64,000 nt of DNA from Blastocladiella emersonii ATCC 22665 (Eukaryota; Fungi; Blastocladiomycota), in NCBI GenBank assembly GCA_025594325.1, contig JANHCV010000011.1, positions 1,240,001 through 1,304,000 of the forward strand. The letters are read 5' to 3'. The position numbers were made by a program, and so were the translations under genes. This document shows positions 47,063 to 57,565 of the stretch, one piece after another. The notes beneath the pieces were generated by a model. That model did no database searches, was not told where the DNA came from, and saw only the letters and a list, made by a program, of their open reading frames with translations. Every line of letters starts with the position of its first letter. Within the stretch, counting starts at the first letter, position 1.

Positions 47063-48709
47063 TCAACGCTGGATGTACCGGGCGCGCTTGACTGCGGCCA
47101 CGCGCGGATCACGCAGAAGGCGGGCCTCGGTGAAGGCAAAGCCCTCCTGCCGCACAAATTTGAGCAGCTCGTTGTCGTTTTGCGATGGATCAATGTCCGG
47201 ATCACGGAAAAGGTACTCGATGACCGCTTGATTGCCAGGACTCTGCATCGCCCCGAAAAGCGTCACGTCTTTCTCCTCCAACAAAGACTGGCCGTACTCG
47301 TGGAGGAGCCACTCGATTGTCTCGATCTGACGCTGATAGGACTGCCGGTACCTGAGCTTTGGTACGCGGTAGAGAAGATAGGCGGAGCGGACTTGGAGCA
47401 GCTCTGGCGCGTCAGGGAGCTCGCCATGAACCGCTTCAAGGAGCTTCGGACGAGCGGTGAGCAAGAGCCAGCGCAAGACAACAAGATTCGCGTCGCCAGC
47501 GACCCACTTGGCGATCGCCGGGAGGGAAGCAACAAGGCGTGCACGCACACGGGGACCAAGCTGAAGGAGTCGCACGAAGAGATACTCGGCATGTGCGGTA
47601 TTACGGTCCTGGCAAGCAGCTCGGAAGGCCACTTTGGCATAAAATGGACATCTTGACCACATCAGGGAATAGGCCGCATTGACGATGCAGTTGTAGCACT
47701 CGAGGTTGCCGAGCCGCCAAGCCAAAGTGAAGAGTGTCGATTCGCCAAACCAGTTCTGAAAGAACTCCTGACCGAGAAGGTGAAGCTGCGCGTTGAGCGC
47801 AACAACGTCGCCGAGAACAAGTGCATGGCAAAGTGCCGCCAGTTCATTACTAAGGAAGATTCGAGCGCCGCGGTGGGTCACAAACTGGCGCACACGGTCA
47901 ATGTGGCCGTATCGACAGATCCTAGTAACAGTAGAGCGCGCATAATCTTCGATCCAGTTTGGAAGCTCTGGATGGTCGGCAAGTCGACCAAGAATGGCCT
48001 CGGTTACGGCTTCATTATTGAGAATGACGGCTTGGGCGAGCAGCCACGACGGCTCCGTCCAGCAATCCCTGCTCTCGAAGTACGACAGACACCGCTCCCA
48101 AGCTGTATCAAGTAAGGACTTGGCTCGCGGGTGCCCAGCCAAAATAGCGAGCGGGACGGCTGCTAGCGGGTTCGTCTTGGCAATTTCGTCGATGTCAGCC
48201 GCTGCAGCGACAATACACAGCGATGGAAGATGCAACTCGTTTGCAGCATCGATAGACATACGAAGCTGTCGTGGACGAGAAAGGAGCACTCGAGCAAGCT
48301 CAACCGCACCGGAGCGGCCATGATTGACGTACTGTACGGCGAGCTCAAAGTCGGCATTGTCGTGACAGGATGACAACACGCCCGAAAAGCGTGAAGTTGG
48401 GTCGAACAGGACGCAAAGAGTTTCAGTATCGAGTAAATCGACGGCTCCAACGAGGAGCGCACGAGCAGCGGCCATCTCGTTGCCCTTGTCGGGGACGAGG
48501 CCCTGCTCAATGAAAATCAAGCGCAGGGCAGTACATGGACGGCGGCGAAGTGCCCATTCAACGCGCTCCTTGACATCGGACGTGGTCGCCGGAAGGCGGC
48601 TCAGGTCGGTGCAGGTCTGCCGCAGCCGCGACAGCTGCCGCGCGTCAAGGTATGCAGCGAGGTTGGCAAGAATGAGCGAAGGCAGCAAGTTAAGTTTGAG
48701 TTTGTCCAT
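47063..48709 (-). CDS. F-box-like N-terminus + ankyrin-like helical repeats, intact single exon (548 aa)
   Basis: LNLLPSLILANLAAYLDARQLSRLRQTC is an F-box pattern. The C-terminal IEYLFRDPDIDPSQNDNELL resembles the DPS..DN ankyrin variant of zoosporic fungi. Low codon bias. Confidence 0.75.
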   Translation of the reverse strand: MDKLKLNLLPSLILANLAAYLDARQLSRLRQTCTDLSRLPATTSDVKERVEWALRRRPCTALRLIFIEQGLVPDKGNEMAAARALLVGAVDLLDTETLCVLFDPTSRFSGVLSSCHDNADFELAVQYVNHGRSGAVELARVLLSRPRQLRMSIDAANELHLPSLCIVAAAADIDEIAKTNPLAAVPLAILAGHPRAKSLLDTAWERCLSYFESRDCWTEPSWLLAQAVILNNEAVTEAILGRLADHPELPNWIEDYARSTVTRICRYGHIDRVRQFVTHRGARIFLSNELAALCHALVLGDVVALNAQLHLLGQEFFQNWFGESTLFTLAWRLGNLECYNCIVNAAYSLMWSRCPFYAKVAFRAACQDRNTAHAEYLFVRLLQLGPRVRARLVASLPAIAKWVAGDANLVVLRWLLLTARPKLLEAVHGELPDAPELLQVRSAYLLYRVPKLRYRQSYQRQIETIEWLLHEYGQSLLEEKDVTLFGAMQSPGNQAVIEYLFRDPDIDPSQNDNELLKFVRQEGFAFTEARLLRDPRVAAVKRARYIQR

Positions 48710-49138
48710 TTGTGTTCATGTGTGAGGATGAGGTTCAGTAGAGCGAACGTGAAGTATGACGGGAGACATTCTTGATCCCGTCGCGAGCAAAATGAGGAAC
48801 CCCGAAAAATGTGGCGCCACGCGGTCACCTGAGCGGCGCGACGCGTCTCCCACCAACTGTCTCGCAGGAGCACCGACCACGCGTGCAATCCGGGGCACTT
48901 GCCCCGCGCGCACTTTCCGGGACCCCGATTAACGGCGACACTTGCCGCTCGTCGGCTTTGATGGGGTCGATCGGGGCCGCCATGGTCACGCCCACGCGTT
49001 CATCATACGCGAGGGAGTTCGCCCCCTGCCTCCCTCGCACTCCCGCCCCAAATCGCACAACACCATGGATCAGGCTTGTTAAGATCAGTCCGCGTTTCCT
49101 CGCTGCCCATCAACGAAACACTCCATGCATTCACGACC

Positions 49139-49315
49139 ATGGCGTCAATCGCGATCCAGGACAAGCTGGCCGAGGCCGGCGGGCTTGTCTCGTTCGCGAC
49201 GCTCATGCTCACCGTGTGCGGGCGCGTCTCGGTGTGGTTCACGGCCGACCTCGTCTGGTCGTTCAAGGACGCCCTGCGCATCATGTACCTGGTCTCGTGC
49301 GGCCCCGTATTATGA
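49139..49315 (+). pseudogene. Internally deleted fragment paralogous to the 7TM gene at 50005
   Basis: MASIAIQDKLAEAGGLVSFATLML/TVCGRVSVWFTADLVWSFKDALRIMYLVS vs MAPVAIRDQLSEAGGLVSFATLVTML...(~45 aa)...TGCGRVLVLFAADFVWSIKDALRIAYLVS. Confidence 0.8.
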
Positions 49316-50004
49316 CAACGATACACAAAAACCACCACGGGCTCAAGAACTTTACTTGGCCCGCCCAAAACCATGGACGAGATCATGCCGAAGTTCCCAA
49401 AGTTGCGGCTAATGAGCAGCACGGCGCCAGCTGCAGCGCCGCCCGGTAGGAGGTGGAGCAAGTGAACGCCGCCGCCGACGTCGAGTGGCAGGCCCGTTCC
49501 ACCGCAGGGTTTGCTATTCATGTCTTTTGGCTCATAAGTTCAAGAGCAGCTCTCTCATAAAAGTAAATGTTCATTGCATCAAGTTTTATTTGCTACATAG
49601 TACTTGGCGTGGGATGGGAAGAGCTGGAAACACGAAGCGCTTAGCAGCCGGCGATCACCTGATTTCGCAACACGTCTCGCACCCCGTCTCGCATCCCAGC
49701 CCGGGAGACACGCGCCTTGCGTTCCGTCCTGTGCATCTCCATGCGGTGATCGAAAGGGAGGAAAATGGGACACGCGGGCTCGAGCGGAGGCGCGAAACTG
49801 TCATCCGAAAAACCCGTGCGGGGAGACTTGGTGGGAGACGAGTGCGCTCGGTATTGTCAATCCAGATATCCAGTTCCGAGTGCCACCAGAGCAGAGCCAC
49901 GAGTCCGCTCACTCGATCCTGCGAGTATTGATCACAAACGAACTTTGACCATGCAAAGCTGATGAAAGCTTCCCGCTGAGATCTACAGCATTAAACCTCA
50001 TGCA

Positions 50005-51756
50005 ATGGCGCCCGTTGCAATTCGAGACCAACTGTCCGAGGCCGGGGGACTTGTTTCATTCGCAACCCTCGTCACGATGCTCGCACACGAGTTCGGCGAC
50101 AAACGCAGTCCAGCACGAACCTTCGAACAAGGCTGGCTGCGTTGGATGCTTGCACTTGACACGCTGGCGTTTGGTGTCTATTACACAGCCACAACGTCGG
50201 GAACAGAGCTGACGGGCTGCGGTCGCGTCCTGGTTCTGTTTGCAGCCGACTTCGTGTGGTCCATCAAGGACGCGCTGCGGATCGCCTACCTCGTTTCTCG
50301 TGGCCTTACGATCTGCCATAACGAATCCCTGGCCGCAGCGAGGGTTTCGGGCGCCGTGTCGCTTGCTCTGTTCTGGATACTCCTCGCGCACGCCTTCGCC
50401 CTTTCTGACAACGACTTGACGGCATGCACAGCGCGTCTCTCCGCTTCACCAAGCACATTCATTGTTCCTGGGTGGCCAGCATACGTCTTGTCGTCGTTCT
50501 GGATCCTGTGCGAGCTTTCCATTGCCTTAGTACTCGTCAAATCAATTGTCAAACGCTTGCGTGCGCGCTTCGCGCTCGGAGCAACTTCTCGTCAAGACAC
50601 CCAAACGCTGGCCGATGTGTCTCGCACCAACTCTTTGGGAGCTTTGCCTCATCGAACCGCAACCAGGCAGCAAACACACGTCTCGAGGCTCCCTTCCATC
50701 GCAGTACCTTTGGCAGCAAGCGTCGCACCGGTCGACCTGCAAACCAGCGGCGACGCCCATGATCGCCTCCAATCACACGGAGACCGGCGTCGGTCATCAA
50801 CAACTCCGCTGGTGGTTCGACCATCTAGCCTTGGACCCGTCCATGGCTCCTTCATGGAAACGAAGGCAACCTATGCTTTCACCGTGCAGCAACACACGTC
50901 TAGCGTTTTGGCGTCGCATCCGCCGAGACCCGTCGCCCCAGGCGACTCTTGTCGCACTTCAACGATTCCTGGAACTCCGCCGTCTGCGTCACCGCCGGCA
51001 GCAGTTGTAGGCCATGTTGCACGGGAGCTTGCGAAAGCTTTACTTGCTCGCGAAGAGGGCCGCCTACTTTTTAGCATCATACTGATGATCTACGCGTCGT
51101 GTTCATCGATTGTGGGCACGACCGTTGGTCCCACGTCAGGCGCATTTTCGAGCCTGCCTGTCATGGTTTACGCGCAGCTCCTTCTCTATCTCAGCTCGCT
51201 GATATGCAATGATCGCCCACGTTCGAACAGCTCGAATGATACGGTCAATGGTCTCGCGGAGGCAGCTGCCATCAGGTCCGCGGGCGTCGGCGCCGCGACG
51301 AGACGTAAACGACGCGCGACCGTGGCCGTCGTCCAAACTGGACGGCAATCTCCCTTGCCGGACCATCGAACCAGCGCCTCGCTTGATCCCGCCACCGCTG
51401 TTCCTGCGTGGACCAGCAAGCTTGGCACGTTCGGGATCGACGCGATCCAGTCGTGCGGTCCAACGTTTCGGACCTCGGCCATCGACATCGCGCTCACGGC
51501 CGCGGCCACGGCGGTCGCGGCGGCGGCACAGTCGACCGAGACCTCCTCAGTACATCTTGAAGATCCACCCGGGCCAGCGCTGACAGACGTCAACGCGCCC
51601 GGGTCGGCCGAATCAAGTGGACCCCTTCGCAGCGACGTTAGCCCTGGATCGATGATGGGCGCGGATCAGCGCCGTATGCGCGCGGCGCGCGTGCTCAACA
51701 GTCACTCAACTGCAGGCGTCGGGCCCGGTCGGAGCGGAACTATCGAGCATGGCTAA
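50005..51756 (+). CDS. Seven-transmembrane (GPCR-like) protein with long third intracellular loop
   Basis: Five hydrophobic segments in the first ~180 aa, a ~170-aa Ser/Pro/Arg-rich loop, two more segments (LLFSIILMIYASCSSIVG; LPVMVYAQLLLYLSSLI), then a disordered tail. Intronless. Confidence 0.6.
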   Translation: MAPVAIRDQLSEAGGLVSFATLVTMLAHEFGDKRSPARTFEQGWLRWMLALDTLAFGVYYTATTSGTELTGCGRVLVLFAADFVWSIKDALRIAYLVSRGLTICHNESLAAARVSGAVSLALFWILLAHAFALSDNDLTACTARLSASPSTFIVPGWPAYVLSSFWILCELSIALVLVKSIVKRLRARFALGATSRQDTQTLADVSRTNSLGALPHRTATRQQTHVSRLPSIAVPLAASVAPVDLQTSGDAHDRLQSHGDRRRSSTTPLVVRPSSLGPVHGSFMETKATYAFTVQQHTSSVLASHPPRPVAPGDSCRTSTIPGTPPSASPPAAVVGHVARELAKALLAREEGRLLFSIILMIYASCSSIVGTTVGPTSGAFSSLPVMVYAQLLLYLSSLICNDRPRSNSSNDTVNGLAEAAAIRSAGVGAATRRKRRATVAVVQTGRQSPLPDHRTSASLDPATAVPAWTSKLGTFGIDAIQSCGPTFRTSAIDIALTAAATAVAAAAQSTETSSVHLEDPPGPALTDVNAPGSAESSGPLRSDVSPGSMMGADQRRMRAARVLNSHSTAGVGPGRSGTIEHG

Positions 51757-51951
51757 CGGATTGGTTCCTGCGGCCAGCGTCCGTGGTCGGCACAATGGCC
51801 GCGGTGCCGATGACGCGATGCTGCCATGTAACGTGTTTGCACTTCTGAGCGCGAAGGGTTGAAAGCGAGGTTGCTGCGCAAGCGAGACTCAGCCCAATAC
51901 TCGTGCTGGATCTTGAAGAATGAATACAGACACTGGTTGGAGAAAAAACGG

Positions 51952-53209
51952 CGCGACACGAGCGTGGCGAGTAGAGTATATCTGACAGGAACGACACAAA
52001 TGCAACACGATCACGACGAGGCACCCTCGGTGCAGCGGCGCCAGACGAGCTGGTAGGTCTCGGACGTGGTGCCGGTCGACGGCGAGCGGCCGAGCGAGGC
52101 GCGGCTCGTGGGCGTGGTGGGCGTGCCCGAGATCTCGGAGGCGGACTGGACCTGGAAGCGGGCGGGCCCGCCGCACGGCGACCAGTTGAGGGCGGGGGCG
52201 GCCTGGCGCAGCGACACGGGCGCGACGGCGGACGGCGACCCCTGCGGGCGGAACGTGAAGGCGGTCGGCCCGCTGCCGCCGCCGGTCGAGACGAGCGCGC
52301 GGTGCACGGCCGCGGTGCCCGGCGGGGTCTGCGCGCCGCCCTCGTAGGTGGCCGCCTGCACGGCGACCTGGTACCCGCGCGGCACGTCGAGGTCGAAGCC
52401 GTAGTCGCACTGCGCGCTCGGCCCGGCGCCGCCCGCGAAGCCCTGGCCGGGACCGCCGCTGCCGCCCGGCCCGCCGCTGCCGCCGAGCGACGACTGGAAG
52501 TTGTAGAAGATGACGCTGATATAGCTGTTGTCACCAGCCGTGATGATGATGATGGGCGCGTTCACGTTGCTGCCGCCCGGCCCGCCCGCGCCGCCCGGCC
52601 CACCGGGACCGCCCGTGTTGCTGCCGGGACCACCGCCACCACCACCACCACCGCGAGGGCAGCCCGACCCAGAGTAGGCGAGGCCGCTCGTGCGCAGCGG
52701 GCCCGGCGGCGGCGCCGTGAGTCCGCCCGCACCGCCCGCACCGCTTCCGGGAGCACCGGGGACCTGCCGCTTCGACAGCGAGCGCGGCGACTCGTACGGC
52801 GGCGGCGGGTACGGCGGCGGGTACGGCTTGGGCGACGGCGGCGGCGGAGGCGGGCGCTCGGTCTCGGTCGGCTGCACCGAGGACGAGGACGAGGACGAGG
52901 TCGTGGTCGGCGTAGGCGTGGGCGTAGGGGTTGGCGTAGGGGTCGGTGTAGGCGTAGGCGTAGTGACGGGCGGCGGACGCTCCGTCTCAGTCGGCTGCAC
53001 CGACGAGGACGACGAGGACGTCGTGGTGGGCTTGGGCGGCGGCGACGGCGGCGTGTAGGGCGCGGGCGGGCGGCGCTTGCCCCCATCAGGCAGTGCCACG
53101 GCCACCGACGGCGCGCCGACGAGCGCGACGCCGAGCAGCGCGACCACCAGCGCCGCGAGAACCGAAAGCCCGAGCGGGCGCGAGCCGCGGCGCGTCTTGT
53201 CGGCGGCGG
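51952..53209 (-). repeat. Left arm of 1258-bp inverted repeat flanking biotin synthase
   Basis: Position x pairs with 109576-x. Differences found: 52104/57472 (silent AGC/AGT) and 53200/56376. Weaker similarity extends about 50 bp outward. Confidence 0.95.
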
Positions 53210-53222
53210 AAGAAGAGTACAT
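52011..53222 (-). CDS. Secreted Pro/Thr-rich + Gly-rich protein with DUF4360 domain, copy 1
   Basis: Signal sequence; SPPP/(PT)n/YPPP stalk; LSKR|Q site; LAYSGSGCP.G, ISVIFYNF, CDYGFDLDVPRGYQ, WSPCGG and LVWRRC match DUF4360 as I recall it. TATAA at 53310-53314. Confidence 0.85.
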   Translation of the reverse strand: MYSSSAADKTRRGSRPLGLSVLAALVVALLGVALVGAPSVAVALPDGGKRRPPAPYTPPSPPPKPTTTSSSSSSVQPTETERPPPVTTPTPTPTPTPTPTPTPTPTTTSSSSSSSVQPTETERPPPPPPSPKPYPPPYPPPPYESPRSLSKRQVPGAPGSGAGGAGGLTAPPPGPLRTSGLAYSGSGCPRGGGGGGGGPGSNTGGPGGPGGAGGPGGSNVNAPIIIITAGDNSYISVIFYNFQSSLGGSGGPGGSGGPGQGFAGGAGPSAQCDYGFDLDVPRGYQVAVQAATYEGGAQTPPGTAAVHRALVSTGGGSGPTAFTFRPQGSPSAVAPVSLRQAAPALNWSPCGGPARFQVQSASEISGTPTTPTSRASLGRSPSTGTTSETYQLVWRRCTEGASS

Positions 53223-53933
53223 GGTGTGTGTGTGTTTGTTTGGACTCGGTCGCAGTTGCTGGTGAGGTGCAGGAGCAGTCACAGGGTAGGCCGGGGGCGC
53301 GGCCGCTACTTATACCGACCGCGGTGCGGTCTCAGCGGCGGCGCGACGGGCCCCGGATGCGGAAGGTGGGCCTCGGATCGCGACGGTGCCGGCGTGGGCG
53401 GTGTCTCGGCGCCATCACATCGGCCGCCGATCCGCAGCGACGGCACCGAAGCCTGCCCGAACGAGCGGCGGGCCTTGGCGGTCTCGGTGCCAGCCGGCGT
53501 CGCGCGGGTATCGCGTGGGCGGCCAGACATGGGTTCTCGGCAGGTGGCAGCGTCTCAGATGCATGGAGTGTCGCGGCGGGGTGCCTCGGCGGGCCCGCGT
53601 GAAAAGGGAGGGAAGGCGAGCGAGCGAGCGAGCGTGCTCGGCAGGGCGCGACGCGTCTCTCAGGGGTCACCTGTTCGCCGACGCGTCCCGAGCGCGCGGA
53701 GTCGGCTCGGCCGCGAGGCGTTACGATCGCATCATGTGACGTTCCGCACGGCGTGCCGATCGGTCCCCAACGGGGCTTGCCACCGGCGCGTCCCCAAACG
53801 CGCGCTAACAGCCGAGCCGACCGGGCGGCGACTTTACGCCAACCCAAAGTGCAAGGGGCCGCCCTCGCACCCCTTCTCTCTCCCTTCATCAACGATCGCT
53901 CTGACTTGCTACGCATCAACCACCACCACCGCC

Positions 53934-55303
53934 ATGTTCCCGACCCGCCAGCTCGTCCCAAGACTCGCCGCCGCTGCCTCGCGGTCGGCGACGCGTGCCG
54001 CTTCGCGCGCTGCTCCGCGAACCCTCGCCGCCGCGTCGATCCCGCGAGTCGCCGGCCTGCACTCGTCGACGACCCAGAACGCCGTCGAGGCGCCCGCCGC
54101 GACCACCGCTACTACGGCTTCGGTCCCGCCACCTGCCCCCGTCGATCGCCGCCAGGACGGTCGCGCGCAGAGCGGCGCCGCCTTCCACGCGCTCAACCAC
54201 ACGGGTCTGCGCTACAACTGGACCCGCGAGGAGATTGCCGCCATCTACAACTCGCCGATCATGGACCTGCTCTTCTACGGCGTACGGCTCGCACTCCCTA
54301 CGACGGATCACTCGGCCACGCTACTAACCTTGTAAATCGAACAGTCCTACGTCCACCGCCACCACCACGACCCGCTCGCCGTGCAGCAGTGCACGCTGCT
54401 CTCCATCAAGACGGGCGGCTGCTCCGAGGACTGCTCCTACTGCCCGCAGTCGTCCAAGCACTCGACCAGCGTCAAGGCGTCCAAGATGCTCGGCGAGGAC
54501 GAGGTGCTGTCGGCCGCGCGCCGCGCCAAGGAGGCCGGCTCCACCCGCTTCTGCATGGGCGCCGCCTGGCGCAGCGCCCAGGGCCGCAAGACCAACTTCA
54601 AGCAGGTCCTCAACTACGTGACCGAGATCCGCGGCATGGGCATGGAGGTGTGCTGCACCCTCGGCATGCTCGACGCCGAGCAGGCCAAGCAGCTCAAGGA
54701 CGCCGGCCTCTCCGCCTACAACCACAACCTCGACACCTCGCGCGAGTTCTACCCCAAGATCATCACCACCCGCTCCTACGACGACCGCCTCGACACCCTC
54801 GCCAACGTCCGCGACGCCGGCATCCACGTGTGCTCGGGCGGCATCATTGGTCTCGGCGAGTCGGCCGACGACCGCGTCGGCATGCTGCACACTCTCTCGA
54901 CGCTGCCCAAGCACCCCGAGTCGGTCCCCGTCAACGCCCTCGTCGCCGTCCAGGGCACCCCGCTCGAGAAGCAGGACCCCGTGCCCGTCTGGGACCTCGT
55001 CCGCATGATCGCCACCGCCCGCATCGTCATGCCCGGGTCCATGGTCCGCCTCTCGGCTGGCCGCGTCCGTCTCTCCATGACCGAGCAGACCCTGTGCTTC
55101 ATGGCCGGCGCCAACTCCATCTTCACCGGCGAGAAGCTCCTTACCACTGACAACAACGACTGGGACACGGACAAGGCCATGTTCGACACGCTCGGTACGC
55201 TCTCTCATCTCTCCTCCTCCGCTTTCGCGGCGCCGAAACTAACTCTTCATACCCCGCATCATCAGGTCTCATTGGCCTCAAGCCCGACCTCGTCAAGAAC
55301 TAG
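53934..55303 (+). CDS. BIO2: Biotin synthase with mitochondrial presequence (exons 53934-54281, 54345-55194, 55266-55303)
   Basis: [23 protein letters not shown] (CxxxCxxC radical SAM), [55 protein letters not shown]; two GT-AG introns. Confidence 0.97.
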
Positions 55304-55314
55304 CTGCAACCATC

Positions 55315-56050
55315 TCATTCCCAGTTCCCCATCCCCCGCCAATAGATCCATTCTGTCCCACTCGAGCAAGCCTCGCCCTCGACGTAGCCGACGCGCATCG
55401 CCGCGTACGACGGGATGGGCTGCTGCTGCCGCTGCATGCCGCGGCAGCGGTTGAGCACGGCGGCCGCGTTGGTGAGCATAGTACGGCTGGCGCGGCCGGC
55501 GGCCATGGCCTTGTCATCGTCCTTAAACGTGTCAAGCGTGCCGCTGGTCGGGACCATGGTCTGCTGCGCGAGTTGCGCGCCGAGCGATCTGCGCCGCAGT
55601 GGTCCACCGCACAAACAGCACGCCGTGCGTCTTGCTGCCAGCGAGCTTCTCGGACGTGTCCGACGCGACGCGATGCTGGGGCTCGGACCACTCGATCTCT
55701 GACCGCACGCACTCACGGACCAGCAAGCGCGAGAGCACGAGGATCATCTGCATCCGGTCGTCGAAACGCCAGCTGGGGTCCTTCTCTGTGAGCCCGCGTG
55801 AGACGCAGCGGTGCTTGTTGAGCAGCATCAAGTAGTTGATCCTTGACAACAGAAACGCTGGTGACATCGCACACGGCGTACTACTCGAAGCCGAGCGTGA
55901 CCAATGATGCTTTTTAAGAGAGCGTCTCCAGATGGCGGAAAGGAGGCCGAGGTGCAGGTGCTGCACCAACTGCTGGTTGTCCGTGACCGTCGCCTCTGAC
56001 ACGAGCCGTACTGGGAGCGTGCTGCGTTGTGCTCGCGGCCAGCGCGCAGG
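55315..56050 (-). pseudogene. Frameshifted coding relic inside the inverted-repeat spacer
   Basis: LLSRINYLMLLNKHRCV...MILVLSRLLVRECVRSEIEW continues in another frame as QQTMVPTSGTLDTFKDDDKAM. No family recognised. Confidence 0.3.
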
Positions 56051-56362
56051 ACCGAGGCTCAGTGCGCGCTCATGGCGTCGTGCAGGGTACAGCTCGAGTG
56101 TCAGTGGGCATTCTGTGTGGGTTGCCGAACCGCGAGCGCAATCAAGCGACGAGCTTGGTCGCGAGCTGGGACGCAAGACGCGTCAAAAAAAAACACGTGG
56201 CTGAGTTCGACGCGGCCGACGCGTCCCTCTCCTGTTCGGCGCCCGCAAACCGATCGACCGGCCGCGAATATCGTGGGCCTCAGTTGACCGATGTACACTA
56301 TGCAATTGCTAGGAGAACCGTAACGCCATGACAGGCGCGAATGACCGCTCGAACCGAGCGAC

Positions 56363-57565
56363 ACCGCCGCCGCCGCCAAGACGCGCCGCGGCTCGCGCCC
56401 GCTCGGGCTTTCGGTTCTCGCGGCGCTGGTGGTCGCGCTGCTCGGCGTCGCGCTCGTCGGCGCGCCGTCGGTGGCCGTGGCACTGCCTGATGGGGGCAAG
56501 CGCCGCCCGCCCGCGCCCTACACGCCGCCGTCGCCGCCGCCCAAGCCCACCACGACGTCCTCGTCGTCCTCGTCGGTGCAGCCGACTGAGACGGAGCGTC
56601 CGCCGCCCGTCACTACGCCTACGCCTACACCGACCCCTACGCCAACCCCTACGCCCACGCCTACGCCGACCACGACCTCGTCCTCGTCCTCGTCCTCGGT
56701 GCAGCCGACCGAGACCGAGCGCCCGCCTCCGCCGCCGCCGTCGCCCAAGCCGTACCCGCCGCCGTACCCGCCGCCGCCGTACGAGTCGCCGCGCTCGCTG
56801 TCGAAGCGGCAGGTCCCCGGTGCTCCCGGAAGCGGTGCGGGCGGTGCGGGCGGACTCACGGCGCCGCCGCCGGGCCCGCTGCGCACGAGCGGCCTCGCCT
56901 ACTCTGGGTCGGGCTGCCCTCGCGGTGGTGGTGGTGGTGGCGGTGGTCCCGGCAGCAACACGGGCGGTCCCGGTGGGCCGGGCGGCGCGGGCGGGCCGGG
57001 CGGCAGCAACGTGAACGCGCCCATCATCATCATCACGGCTGGTGACAACAGCTATATCAGCGTCATCTTCTACAACTTCCAGTCGTCGCTCGGCGGCAGC
57101 GGCGGGCCGGGCGGCAGCGGCGGTCCCGGCCAGGGCTTCGCGGGCGGCGCCGGGCCGAGCGCGCAGTGCGACTACGGCTTCGACCTCGACGTGCCGCGCG
57201 GGTACCAGGTCGCCGTGCAGGCGGCCACCTACGAGGGCGGCGCGCAGACCCCGCCGGGCACCGCGGCCGTGCACCGCGCGCTCGTCTCGACCGGCGGCGG
57301 CAGCGGGCCGACCGCCTTCACGTTCCGCCCGCAGGGGTCGCCGTCCGCCGTCGCGCCCGTGTCGCTGCGCCAGGCCGCCCCCGCCCTCAACTGGTCGCCG
57401 TGCGGCGGGCCCGCCCGCTTCCAGGTCCAGTCCGCCTCCGAGATCTCGGGCACGCCCACCACGCCCACGAGTCGCGCCTCGCTCGGCCGCTCGCCGTCGA
57501 CCGGCACCACGTCCGAGACCTACCAGCTCGTCTGGCGCCGCTGCACCGAGGGTGCCTCGTCGTGA
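56363..57565 (+). CDS. DUF4360 secreted protein, copy 2; start codon unresolved
   Basis: Same protein as copy 1 from KTRRGSRP onward. An in-frame TGA lies at 56342-56344 with no ATG after it. A start at ATG 56291 or 56300 works only if 56320-56358 (gtaacg...tgac...ag, 39 nt) is an intron. Confidence 0.65.
   Translation, partial: TAAAAKTRRGSRPLGLSVLAALVVALLGVALVGAPSVAVALPDGGKRRPPAPYTPPSPPPKPTTTSSSSSSVQPTETERPPPVTTPTPTPTPTPTPTPTPTPTTTSSSSSSSVQPTETERPPPPPPSPKPYPPPYPPPPYESPRSLSKRQVPGAPGSGAGGAGGLTAPPPGPLRTSGLAYSGSGCPRGGGGGGGGPGSNTGGPGGPGGAGGPGGSNVNAPIIIITAGDNSYISVIFYNFQSSLGGSGGPGGSGGPGQGFAGGAGPSAQCDYGFDLDVPRGYQVAVQAATYEGGAQTPPGTAAVHRALVSTGGGSGPTAFTFRPQGSPSAVAPVSLRQAAPALNWSPCGGPARFQVQSASEISGTPTTPTSRASLGRSPSTGTTSETYQLVWRRCTEGASS

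Noticed and set aside
52880-52965. Minisatellite-like (ACGCCT/ACCCCT)n and (TCG/TCC)n runs
   Set aside because: They simply encode the Pro-Thr and Ser tracts of the DUF4360 protein stalk.
53934-55303. Horizontally acquired bacterial bioB in a composite transposon
   Set aside because: The gene has two spliceosomal introns, a mitochondrial-type presequence and host codon usage; the flanking arms encode a secreted protein, not a transposase.
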